Shown: piece by piece, positions 26,211-35,159 of the stretch
Position numbering within the stretch: position 1 is the first letter of the stretch
How the letters are laid out: each line of letters opens with the position of its first letter
From: Syntrophorhabdaceae bacterium
GTDB taxonomy: Bacteria > Desulfobacterota > Syntrophorhabdia > Syntrophorhabdales > Syntrophorhabdaceae
Assembly (NCBI GenBank): GCA_963665295.1
Contig: OY762209.1
Coordinates: 4,608,001-4,672,000 of the forward strand
DNA: 64,000 nucleotides
Reading direction: 5' to 3'
Translations under genes and position numbers: made by a program
The notes under the pieces: model-generated
The model's database searches: none
Told to the model about the DNA's origin: nothing
The model's input: only the letters and a program-made list of their open reading frames with translations

Positions 26211-26348
26211 TCAAGGGAGGAAGGGCGCGCTGTTTCACCGCGTTTCCGGCAGGCGAAATCCGGGAACAATGCGGTGCAAAGGCGTTTTGCATTACGGTTT
26301 GCCGTAATGGGGATGCTTCACGGATTTTAACAAAAAAAGGAGGGTTTT

Positions 26349-27380
26349 ATGAAAAGATCAACATGGATGATCGGTTGTCTCATGGTATGCGCATTACTGT
26401 TTTTATTCCTCGTCCCCCTTCAGAGCCACGCGGCGGAGAAGGTAATCACCCTTAAGGTAGCCAACTGGTTCCCCATCACCCACAAGCAGAGCATCCTCCT
26501 CGATGCGTGGGGCAAGGAAGTGGAGAAGAAGACGGGGGGCAAGGTAAAGGTCAACTACTATGCCGCAGGCACCCTCGTCCCCGCTGCCCAGAGCTATGAC
26601 GCGGTCACCAAGGGTATCGCCGATGTAGGCAACCACGTCCTCGGATACACGGTAGGGAAGTTCCCCTTGACGGAGATCATCGACCTCCCCCTGGGCTACC
26701 CCAACAACACGGTTCCCACCAAGATGGCCAATGCCTTCTACGGCAAGTTCAAACCGAAAGAGTTCGATGAGGTGAAGGTCCTCTGGTTCCACGCCCAGGC
26801 CCCCGGCATCGTCCACACGAAGTCAAAACCCGTCCACAAACTCGAGGACCTGAAGGGCCTCAAGATGAGGACCTACGGCTCCAATGCGAAGCTCATGGGA
26901 CTTCTGGGAGGAACCCCCGTGGCAATGCCCATGACCGATGTGTATGACGCCCTTTCGAGAGGCGTAGCCGACGGCGTCATGGCCGCATACGAGGCACTGG
27001 AAGGCTTCAGGCTCGGAGAGCAGGTGAAGTACTCCACGGAGAACTACGACACCTCCTACAGCGCCACCTTCGTGGTCGTCATGAACAAGAGAAAATGGAA
27101 CGCCCTTCCCCCGGACGTGCAGAAGGTGATCGACGGGATGAGCCCCGAGTATATCGAGAAGTACGCCGCCATGTGGGATGACATCGAAAAGAGCGGCAAG
27201 GAATACTGCATCAAGAAAGGCAACAAGATCATCACCCTCGACAAAGCCGAACAAGCCAAGTGGGTGGCCAAGGCCGAACCTCTCTTCGATGACTACGTGA
27301 AGAGGATGAAGGCAAAGAACCTGCCGGGCGACGAAGCGCTGAAGTTCGTCCGCGATTACTTAAAACCCTACAAAAAGTAA
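26349..27380 (+). CDS. dctP: TRAP transporter substrate-binding protein
   Basis: Signal peptide; LEDLKGLKMR, PVAMPMTDVYDALSRGVADG, MNKRKWNALP. Confidence 0.9.
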   Translation: MKRSTWMIGCLMVCALLFLFLVPLQSHAAEKVITLKVANWFPITHKQSILLDAWGKEVEKKTGGKVKVNYYAAGTLVPAAQSYDAVTKGIADVGNHVLGYTVGKFPLTEIIDLPLGYPNNTVPTKMANAFYGKFKPKEFDEVKVLWFHAQAPGIVHTKSKPVHKLEDLKGLKMRTYGSNAKLMGLLGGTPVAMPMTDVYDALSRGVADGVMAAYEALEGFRLGEQVKYSTENYDTSYSATFVVVMNKRKWNALPPDVQKVIDGMSPEYIEKYAAMWDDIEKSGKEYCIKKGNKIITLDKAEQAKWVAKAEPLFDDYVKRMKAKNLPGDEALKFVRDYLKPYKK

Positions 27381-27395
27381 TATCCGGGAGGAGAA

Positions 27396-27878
27396 ATGCA
27401 GGTATTTCACTCGGTGGTTTTGAGAGTCGGCAAGGTGATGGACGTGATCGGGGGGACCGTCCTTACCCTGATGATGCTTATCACCGTGCTGGACGTGGTC
27501 CTCCGGCTCTTCCGGAAGCCCATTACCGGCACGTATGAACTGGTTTTCCTGGGAGGCGCGGTGGTAATCGGATGCGCCATCCCCATCACTTCATGGGAGG
27601 GAGGACACGTGTGCGTCGACTTTCTGCTCGAACACTTCTCTCCCATGGCGAAGAAGGTCATCATGCTCCTCACGAGGCTCCTGGGCATCGCGTTCTTTCT
27701 CCTTCTCGCATGCAACCTCTTCCTCCTCGGGACCGATCTCTTCACGTCCGGAGAGGTGTCGCTCACGCTGCACGTGCCCTACTACCCCGCTGCCTATATC
27801 CTCGCGCTCTGCGCTTTCGTGGAGTGCCTCGTGCTCGTGTCGTCCTTTATAAAGATTATCGGGGGAGATCATGAATGA
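27396..27878 (+). CDS. dctQ: TRAP transporter small permease
   Basis: Four TM; DVVLR..PITGTYELV, GHVCVD; between dctP and dctM. Confidence 0.88.
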   Translation: MQVFHSVVLRVGKVMDVIGGTVLTLMMLITVLDVVLRLFRKPITGTYELVFLGGAVVIGCAIPITSWEGGHVCVDFLLEHFSPMAKKVIMLLTRLLGIAFFLLLACNLFLLGTDLFTSGEVSLTLHVPYYPAAYILALCAFVECLVLVSSFIKIIGGDHE

Positions 27879-29172
27879 GACCGTCGTAGGAGTCATCGTA
27901 CTCTGTCTGTTATTGGGGCTGTTTCTCACGGGTATCGAACTCGCCTTTGCCATGGGCATTCTCGGGGTGGCGGGGTTTGCCTACCTCGTGGACGTGCCGG
28001 CTGCCATGGGTCTCATGGCGAACGACTTTTTCGATGCCCTCGCATCATACGGGCTCACGGTCATCCCGCTCTTCGTACTCATGGGCCAGATCGCCTTCAA
28101 CGCGGGTATCGCGAAGAGGCTCTATGACTGCGCCCACAGGTTCTTAGGCCACATCCCCGGGGGCCTCGCCATCGCCACGGTGGCAGGGGCAACGGCCTTC
28201 AAGGCCATCTGCGGCTCCGTGGCAGCCACATCAGCCACCTTTGCGAGTGTGGCCGTGCCCGAGATGACAAAATACGGGTATGACAAGAAGCTCTCCACAG
28301 GGATCGTGGCCACAGTGGGCACCCTGGGCTGTCTTATCCCCCCGAGTGTGGTCCTCATCATATTCGGTATCGTGACCCAGCAGTCCATAGGGAGGCTCTT
28401 TCTCGCGGGCATCCTCCCCGGGCTCCTTATCGCATTCTTCTTTGTCGTGGTCATCTTCGGCTGGTGCAGGATAAACCCCAAGCTGGGCCCGAAGTGCGAG
28501 CCCTTCACCTGGGGCGAGAGAATGAAAACGGTGCCCGACGTCATATGGCCCATCGGCATCTTCCTCGTCATTATCGTGGGAATGATGAAGGGGTTCTTTA
28601 CCCCCACGGAAGCAGGGAGTATCGGGGCCTTCTCGGTCCTCGTGCTCTGCATCGCCAAAAAGAACATGAACTTCAAGGGATATGTGAAGTCCGTGAAGGA
28701 GTCCCTCAGGACCGCGTGTATGGTCCTTCTTCTCATTGCCACATCGAGCATGCTCGGGCACTTCATCGCAGTGACGAACATACCCAGCCGCCTCGGCGAA
28801 TGGACCTTAAGCCTCACGCTCCCGTCCTTTGTCGTGGTGGTCATGATATTCTTTATCTACCTCCTGGGCGGGTCGTTCATCGACGACCTGGCGTTTATGA
28901 TCCTCGCCACGCCCATATTCTTCCCCATCATCACGAAACTCGGGTATGACCCCCTCTGGGCAGGCATTGTCATCGCCCTTACCGTCTGCATAGGGTCCGT
29001 GGTCCCGCCCGTGGCGATCTGCGTTTTCATTGTGAGGAACATTACGAAGGTACCCATGGGGGTCATCTATTCCGGGGTCTACCCCTTTCTCATCTCCCTG
29101 GTCCTCGTGGTGGTGCTCTGTTTTCTCTTTCCCCAGATCGCCCTGTTTTTGCCTAATCTGCTTATGCCGTAG
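27871..29172 (+). CDS. dctM: TRAP transporter large permease
   Basis: IPLFVLMG, GTLGCLIPPS, SIGRLFLAGILPG, FTPTEAG. Confidence 0.92.
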   Translation: MNETVVGVIVLCLLLGLFLTGIELAFAMGILGVAGFAYLVDVPAAMGLMANDFFDALASYGLTVIPLFVLMGQIAFNAGIAKRLYDCAHRFLGHIPGGLAIATVAGATAFKAICGSVAATSATFASVAVPEMTKYGYDKKLSTGIVATVGTLGCLIPPSVVLIIFGIVTQQSIGRLFLAGILPGLLIAFFFVVVIFGWCRINPKLGPKCEPFTWGERMKTVPDVIWPIGIFLVIIVGMMKGFFTPTEAGSIGAFSVLVLCIAKKNMNFKGYVKSVKESLRTACMVLLLIATSSMLGHFIAVTNIPSRLGEWTLSLTLPSFVVVVMIFFIYLLGGSFIDDLAFMILATPIFFPIITKLGYDPLWAGIVIALTVCIGSVVPPVAICVFIVRNITKVPMGVIYSGVYPFLISLVLVVVLCFLFPQIALFLPNLLMP

Positions 29173-29187
29173 AAAAGAGGAGGAAGT

Positions 29188-30684
29188 ATGACCATAGGTG
29201 ATTTATTAGTAAGAAATGCCCACAAGTTCCCGGAGAAGACCGCCGTAGTCACGGAGGATGCGTCCTTTACCTTCCGCGCCCTCAACGAGCGGGTCAACAG
29301 TCTTGCCGGTCTTCTCATAAGCCGCGGCCTCGAAAAGGGAGACCGCATCGGGGTGGTGGTGCATAACGGACATCGTTTCATGGAGATCTACTTTGCCGCG
29401 GCAAAGACGGGGGGCATCTTCTGCCCCTATAACAACCACCTGAGAAGCGAGGAGCTTAAGGACCTCATCCAGTACTCGACGCCCAAGTTCCTCTTCTTCG
29501 ACGAGGACTTCGGCAGCATGATCGAGGGCCTTAAACCCGAACTCGCGGTGACTCACTATATCGGGGACTACGAAGGGCTCCTTGCGCCTTTTGCCGAGCC
29601 GGCCGTGAAGGTGACGGAAGAGGACGTGCTCTCCATCATCTTTACCGCAGGCACCACAGGCAAGCCGAAGGGCGCCATGAGGACCCACCGCCACCTCATG
29701 TCGGATGCCATTGCGAGCGCCATCGACCTCAGGGTGGAGTACGACGAGAAGGTGCTCATCACCTTTCCCATGTACCACGTGGCCGCGGAGGACAACATCG
29801 TGCGCCATTCCTTTCTGCCTAATACGATCTACATAAAGAAAGAAGGAGGCTTCAACCCCGAGGAGGTCCTCGCCTACATCTCGAAAGAGAAGATCACGAG
29901 GTGCCAGTTCGTCCCCACCATGATCCACAGCCTCCTCCAGATACCGGATGTGAGGAAGTTCGACCTTTCGAGCCTGAGGCTCATCCTCTACGCAGGTTCC
30001 CCCATGCCGGCCGAGCTTCTAAGGCAGGCCCTCGAGGTGTTCCCCTGCGGGTTCGCCCAACTCTATGGGCAGACGGAGAGCGGTCCCTTTACCACGGTCC
30101 TCAAGCCGGAGGACCATGACCTCACGAAGCCCGCAAGGCTCGCCTCCTCAGGCAAGGCGGCCCTCAACTACGAGATAAGGATTGTCGATGAGTCCGATAA
30201 GGACGTTGCCGTGGGCGAGGTGGGAGAGATCATCGGGAAGAGCGAGGCCATGACCATAGGGTACTGGCAGATGCCCGAGGCTACCGCGGAAAAGCTCCGG
30301 GGAGGCTGGCTCAGGACCGGGGACCTGGGGAGATTCGATGAAGAGGGGTTTATCTACATCGTGGAGAGGAAGAACGACATGATCATCTCCGGCGGGGTGA
30401 ACATCTATCCCCGTGAGGTGGAGGAAGTCCTCTACCGCCACCCCGCAGTATCGGAGGTATCGGTAATAGGGATACCCGACGAGCACTGGGGAGAGGTGGT
30501 AAAAGCGGCGGTGGTATTGAAGCCCGGGGCTTCCGCGGAACCCGCGGAGCTTATAGACTTCTGCGGCAAGAACCTGGCGGGGTATAAAAAACCCAAGTCC
30601 GTAGACTTCTGGGAAGAACTCCCCAAGAGTCCCCAGGGGAAGATCCTGAAGAAGGAGATAAGGAAGCATTACGGGGAAAAGTAA
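29188..30684 (+). CDS. Acyl-CoA synthetase (AMP-forming, long-chain fatty acid/aryl-CoA ligase family)
   Basis: FTAGTTGKPKG, YGQTE, TGDLG, IISGGVNIYPREVE, GKILK. Confidence 0.92.
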   Translation: MTIGDLLVRNAHKFPEKTAVVTEDASFTFRALNERVNSLAGLLISRGLEKGDRIGVVVHNGHRFMEIYFAAAKTGGIFCPYNNHLRSEELKDLIQYSTPKFLFFDEDFGSMIEGLKPELAVTHYIGDYEGLLAPFAEPAVKVTEEDVLSIIFTAGTTGKPKGAMRTHRHLMSDAIASAIDLRVEYDEKVLITFPMYHVAAEDNIVRHSFLPNTIYIKKEGGFNPEEVLAYISKEKITRCQFVPTMIHSLLQIPDVRKFDLSSLRLILYAGSPMPAELLRQALEVFPCGFAQLYGQTESGPFTTVLKPEDHDLTKPARLASSGKAALNYEIRIVDESDKDVAVGEVGEIIGKSEAMTIGYWQMPEATAEKLRGGWLRTGDLGRFDEEGFIYIVERKNDMIISGGVNIYPREVEEVLYRHPAVSEVSVIGIPDEHWGEVVKAAVVLKPGASAEPAELIDFCGKNLAGYKKPKSVDFWEELPKSPQGKILKKEIRKHYGEK

Positions 30685-30744
30685 GCCTCCGCCGTTCAAA
30701 TCCCTACGAAGAGACCTATGCAGGGCATGAGGATATGAAAGATG

Positions 30745-30792
30745 ACGGGAGAGGCGGTACACGGCTGCCGGTACCACGCCTCTCCCGTTTTT
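30745..30792 (+). terminator. Probable intrinsic terminator after the CoA ligase
   Basis: ACGGGAGAGGCG...CGCCTCTCCCGT inverted repeat running into TTTTT. Confidence 0.6.
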
Positions 30793-31043
30793 CGCGTCCG
30801 CCGGGACCCCGTCGGATCTGAGGCAAAACTATCCTTTTTCTTATCGAGTCACGAACGCGGCCCTGTGGGGAAACTGCCACAGACGGGGTGCTCCGCTTTA
30901 TCACGGAAATCCTCCATGGTAGCCGGTTGCAGGGTATAGAACTCCTTTCCCACGGTCCGCCATGGGACCTGCATGGAATTGTTCACACGATCTTTCAGAC
31001 GCCGCTACACTTTCGATACGGTATCACCGTGTCGAGAATCATT

Positions 31044-31310
31044 CTACGGCAGGTAGTCAAACCCTGAAAGCGGAGTAATGAGCGGGGGTCGTTCAAATCC
31101 GTCGGGACCGTAGTGGTTGTACTGGTGCACCCACCGATGCACGGCACTTGTGGTGCTTCCCACGTATTCCGCGACAATTTTGACCGGCAGTCCCCTGCTG
31201 GTAAGGTAAATCGATTGCCAGCGCTGAAAGTGATCATGGTCTTTTGCGGCCTTCATGCGTCGCTTCAGCTCACTTTCATTCAGATGATTCATCAATTTTG
31301 CAGGCTTCAC
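31044..31310 (-). CDS. Stand-alone helix-turn-helix protein resembling the N-terminus of IS630-family transposases
   Basis: RWQSIYL..G....VAEYVG.....VHRWVHQYN..GPDG; AGGAGGA SD and GTG start; no DDE domain seen nearby. Confidence 0.6.
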   Translation of the reverse strand: MKPAKLMNHLNESELKRRMKAAKDHDHFQRWQSIYLTSRGLPVKIVAEYVGSTTSAVHRWVHQYNHYGPDGFERPPLITPLSGFDYLP

Positions 31311-31462
31311 AATGTCCTCCTCCTTGATGCGCCTCGGAACATGAAAATATTGTTACTTTGAATTCTACATAGTTGATTCTATAACATTTTTGACCATACT
31401 GCCCCTAATGTCAAGACAAATTTCACGGTCCCCGGCGGTTCCGGAAATCCGCGTGCCCTGAT

Positions 31463-31651
31463 TCACGTCCGGGGATCCCTTCGTCCCCCAAGGAGGTTGA
31501 GCAGAACAAGAATCATGGACACGGAAAGAAGGACTACTTCACGGATGCTCCTCTCTACCGTGCCCGGGATGATATGCCACCTTCCCGTCATCCCGCGTGT
31601 TTCCGCGCCCGGCCCATAGACGGTGTACTCGAAATTTTCTTGAAGTTTCAT
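31463..31651 (-). CDS. 62-aa hypothetical protein with C-terminal hydrophobic helix
   Basis: AAGGAGG SD before ATG 31651; VVLLSVSMILVLLNLL segment. Confidence 0.5.
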   Translation of the reverse strand: MKLQENFEYTVYGPGAETRGMTGRWHIIPGTVERSIREVVLLSVSMILVLLNLLGGRRDPRT

Positions 31652-31791
31652 GGCTCGGAACCTCCTTCGTATAGAGATTCGTACTTCCCCGCATGATAGG
31701 CCGCCCTTCTCCGTTATCTTGAAAGGCAGGCAGGTCGACCGGTTCGTTGCGCCAGTCCGGCTGCTATTTTCTCTTGTTCTTTGAAAATGTC

Positions 31792-31928
31792 TCAAGAAAT
31801 GTGCCGCGAACCCGGGGAGGGCATGGAACTCATGTGGATCCGACTCCGCAAAATAAAGGCATAGGGAAAACGGGGCGGACGTACCTTGAGATTCAAGACA
31901 ACGTCTCATAGTGTAAGACACTGTCTTG
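31792..31928 (-). promoter_or_regulatory. Candidate sigma54 promoter with upstream palindromic sites
   Basis: Minus strand CGGCAC-N5-TTGA at 31792-31806 (imperfect -12); two AGAC-N3-GTCT palindromes 20 bp apart at 31896-31906 and 31916-31926. Confidence 0.4.
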
Positions 31929-32014
31929 CGGGACGATAGACGGGAAGCGGTTGATCGGGCCGCGAAGAGGACACCCGGGCTACAGGGCGACAAAAGTCCG
32001 CGAAGGCCGGGCGC

Positions 32015-32866
32015 TCAGTAAAACTCCTTTGATATATCTCCCAGGGCCTGCACGCTGAAGGGCTGTTTTACGAGGGCACTGCCCTTCAGCGCCGGCATCC
32101 CGTCTTCAAAGCAGGGCCGGTCGTTTCTGTAGATCACGCCGAGAGGAATGCGGTCGCCGAATTCGAGGGCCCGTTCAAAGCTCCTGAGCCTGTCCCGGGG
32201 GTTATAATCAGGTTCGATATGGTAACACCGGCTTCTGTACCACTCATATGTATTGACCTTGTTGAAGCTTACGCACGGCTGGAGGATATCCACCAGACTG
32301 AAGCCTCTGTGGTTCATGGCCTCCATGATCAGTCCCTTCAGATGGTCTCCATCGCCTGCGAAAGCCCTGGCCACGAAGCTGCAGTCGAGGGCAACTGCGA
32401 GAGCCACAGGATTCAGGGGCTCGGAAAGAACGCCGAAGGGTTGTATTTTCGAGATTGTTCCCGCTGCCGTGGTAGGCGACGCCTGCCCCTTCGTGAGTCC
32501 GTATATCTGGTTGTCGTGGACAAAGAGCTTTATGTTTATATTCCTTCGGATCCCGTGAATGAAATGATTCCCTCCCTCGCCGTAACAGTCGCCGTCCCCC
32601 GCGAAAGCGAGAACAGGCATTTCATGGTTGACCAGCCTCAGGCCCGTAGCCACGGGCAGGGAACGACCGTGCAGTCCGTTAAAGGCGTTGCACGACACGT
32701 AATGAGGGAATTTGCCTGACTGGCCTATGCCCGACACAATGGTGAACTGATAGGGTTCGAGCCCGAGCTCCACCATAGCCTGCTTAAAGGCCTTCAAAAT
32801 ACCAAAATTCCCACATCCCGGACACCATGCCGGCGCCCGTCCTTCAAAGTCTTCGAATCGAGCCAT
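32015..32866 (-). CDS. korB: 2-oxoacid:ferredoxin oxidoreductase beta subunit
   Basis: WCPGCG, SGIG, HGRSLP, GDGD..EGGNH, YGLTKGQASPT, QPCVSFN. Confidence 0.92.
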   Translation of the reverse strand: MARFEDFEGRAPAWCPGCGNFGILKAFKQAMVELGLEPYQFTIVSGIGQSGKFPHYVSCNAFNGLHGRSLPVATGLRLVNHEMPVLAFAGDGDCYGEGGNHFIHGIRRNINIKLFVHDNQIYGLTKGQASPTTAAGTISKIQPFGVLSEPLNPVALAVALDCSFVARAFAGDGDHLKGLIMEAMNHRGFSLVDILQPCVSFNKVNTYEWYRSRCYHIEPDYNPRDRLRSFERALEFGDRIPLGVIYRNDRPCFEDGMPALKGSALVKQPFSVQALGDISKEFY

Positions 32867-32905
32867 CAACCCCTCCCGAATGGATTTGCCGAACCTCTCA
32901 TATCA

Positions 32906-34630
32906 TCACTGCCTGCCGATTCTCTCTTTGATCTCGCCCACGAGGGTTTCGAGGGTAAAAGGGCGTCCGTCGAACCGGTTTATCCTGTCATGAAAAACGA
33001 AGCCTGTTTCTGCCCTCATGAGGGACGCGAACTTTCCAAGGGCGTTGTTTTCGATACAGATAGTCTTTCCCGCCCTGTTCAAAAGACCGAGATAATCGAA
33101 CCGGCCCGTTCCGGGGAAAGGGTAGATTTCGCTGAAATGCAGCATGGCAACCGCCGTTGTCTCCGCGAGGTCGTCAACCGCCTCTTTCATCACGCCGTAA
33201 GTCGACCCCCATCCCACCAGCACGACCTCAGGGGCGGCGTGCCCATAAAAAAGGGGCGGCGAAATTTCTTCCGTGATAAGGGGCAGCTTCCTAAGGAGCC
33301 TTTTTTCCATCATCCTGACCCTTGTCGCGGCGTCCTCTGTGATGTGACCTTCTTCGTCATGCTCATCGCTGTCCGTTACCACGAGGTGAGACGCCTCTCC
33401 CGGCACACCCAGGGGGGAAACTCCGCTATCCGTGAAGGCGTGTCTCTTGTAGGATTCAATGCTCCGGAAGGCATCGCCTCTCAACCGGTAATCAGTATAG
33501 ACAATCCTGGAGAGATCGAAGGAGTCGTATGTCCACTCGCTGTCCGCAAGATACTGGTCCGTAAGAATAAAAGCGGGTATCTGGTATTTCTCCGCAAGGT
33601 CGAAGGCCTTATTCGTGAGATAAAAGGCCTGTTCCGGGCTTCCCGGGGCGAAGATTACCCGCGGGAATTCCCCGTGGCCCGCGTGGAGCGTGAAGAGAAG
33701 GTCCGCTTGCTCGGTCCTCGTGGGAAGGCCCGTCGCAGGCGCCGGTCTCTGCGCCAATGCAATCACGAGAGGCGTCTCGGTTATGCCCGCAAGGGAAAGA
33801 CCTTCCACCATCAGGGCAAATCCTCCTCCCGAACTCCCTGTCATGGCCCGCACTCCTCCGAAGGAAGCGCCGAGGGCCATATTTATGGCCGCGATCTCAT
33901 CCTCCGCCTGCTCCACCACGATGCCGTGCTTCACGGCCTTTCCTGCCACAAAGTTGAGAATGCCCGTGGAAGGCGTCATGGGATATGCAGAGTAGAATTT
34001 CAGACCCGATGCCACCGCTCCCAGGCCTATGGCTTCATTGCCCGAGATAAGCATCTTCCCCCGCCCGGTACCTGCCATGGAAAAACCGCACCGCGTGCAC
34101 TCTTTCACTGCGTAACCGTATCCGGCCCGGGCCGAGTCCATGTTGGCGCGTACTACTTCGTCACCTTTTCTTTGGAGGGTGGCTTTCACCACATCGAAAA
34201 GCATCTCCGGCTTCAATCCCAACATGCCCATGACCGCGCCTGTGGCCACGATATTGGCCATAATCCTGTTGCGCCCGTATTTCAACGCAAGGTCGGCAAA
34301 AGGGATGTTGAGGAATTGCGGCCCATCGTAGGTTTCCTTGAGGGTAGCGGCATCATAGATCGCCACGCCACTCTCCGAAAGCTCCCCCGAATGAGCCTGG
34401 ACGCTCATTCTATCGAGGGCCACGAGAATATCGATAATATCCCGTGATGCCCCGAGGGGCCTGTCGGAGATGCGCATCTGAAGGAAGTTGTGCCCTCCCC
34501 TCACCCTGGATTCATAATCCTGGTGAACAAAGACATGAAAACCCGCCCTTGAAAACACCTTTCCAAGTACCGCGCCTATGGTGTCTATACCCTGCCCTGC
34601 TTCTCCACCCAGCTTTATTGAATAGTCCAG
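32906..34630 (-). CDS. korA: 2-oxoacid:ferredoxin oxidoreductase alpha subunit (gamma-alpha fusion), probable CTG start
   Basis: GGEAGQG, YESRVRGGHN, YPMTP, QAEDE, QRPAPATGLPT; the N-terminal motif lies upstream of the first ATG/GTG/TTG. Confidence 0.9.
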   Translation of the reverse strand: MDYSIKLGGEAGQGIDTIGAVLGKVFSRAGFHVFVHQDYESRVRGGHNFLQMRISDRPLGASRDIIDILVALDRMSVQAHSGELSESGVAIYDAATLKETYDGPQFLNIPFADLALKYGRNRIMANIVATGAVMGMLGLKPEMLFDVVKATLQRKGDEVVRANMDSARAGYGYAVKECTRCGFSMAGTGRGKMLISGNEAIGLGAVASGLKFYSAYPMTPSTGILNFVAGKAVKHGIVVEQAEDEIAAINMALGASFGGVRAMTGSSGGGFALMVEGLSLAGITETPLVIALAQRPAPATGLPTRTEQADLLFTLHAGHGEFPRVIFAPGSPEQAFYLTNKAFDLAEKYQIPAFILTDQYLADSEWTYDSFDLSRIVYTDYRLRGDAFRSIESYKRHAFTDSGVSPLGVPGEASHLVVTDSDEHDEEGHITEDAATRVRMMEKRLLRKLPLITEEISPPLFYGHAAPEVVLVGWGSTYGVMKEAVDDLAETTAVAMLHFSEIYPFPGTGRFDYLGLLNRAGKTICIENNALGKFASLMRAETGFVFHDRINRFDGRPFTLETLVGEIKERIGRQ

Positions 34631-34755
34631 AAGGCCTCCTTTCGAGAAAGCGGAAGATGGGGCTCGTTATCGCCCTGTTAAAGGGTAATGTCTTTCGGCC
34701 CGATTTTCAACCCCTGCCGCGACAGCCGTGGTCGCCCCGCCGTTTTCGTATTCTA

Positions 34756-34784
34756 TTGACTTGGTTCGGCAACCAATATAGATT
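34756..34784 (+). promoter_or_regulatory. sigma70-type promoter of the queD-folE2 operon
   Basis: TTGACT-17 nt-TAGATT. Confidence 0.6.
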
Positions 34785-34790
34785 ATGGTT

Positions 34791-35159
34791 GTGTTTACCT
34801 TATGTGTAAAGGATTCATTTGCCGCTGCCCACAGGCTCGAAGAGTACCACGGGAAATGCGAAGCGCTCCATGGACACAATTTCCAGGTGGAGGCTTTCTT
34901 TTCCGGGGCCCATGTCGGCCCGGACGGAATGGTCATGGACTTCAAGACCCTCAAAGATTACCTGAAACAGGTGCTGGACCTTCTCGACCACAAATATCTG
35001 AACGAAATACCCTTTTTCAGCGAACGGGCAAGTTCCTCCGAGTACATTGCCATGTTCCTGTTCGAAGAGCTCAAAGGACTCACCCGCGAGACCACGGTCT
35101 CGGTGAAGGAAGTGCGGGTTTGGGAATCGGACAGGGCAGGTGTTGCCTACCATGAGTAG
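34791..35159 (+). CDS. queD: 6-carboxytetrahydropterin synthase
   Basis: FAAAHRL, GKCEALHGHNF, LDHKYLNE, VWES; GTG 34791 preferred over ATG 34785 from promoter geometry. Confidence 0.9.
   Translation: MFTLCVKDSFAAAHRLEEYHGKCEALHGHNFQVEAFFSGAHVGPDGMVMDFKTLKDYLKQVLDLLDHKYLNEIPFFSERASSSEYIAMFLFEELKGLTRETTVSVKEVRVWESDRAGVAYHE

Noticed and set aside
30795..31040. Possible riboswitch or ncRNA in the gap after the CoA ligase
   Set aside because: Only short hairpins and a GGCAAAAC fragment; no complete family consensus and no downstream gene in the sense orientation.
32990..34447. Long antisense ORFs (this 485-aa one, also 2177..3559, 11518..12975, 18511..20154, 49614..50891, 62042..63766)
   Set aside because: Shadows of well-supported genes on the opposite strand, expected with GC-rich codon usage; no motifs.
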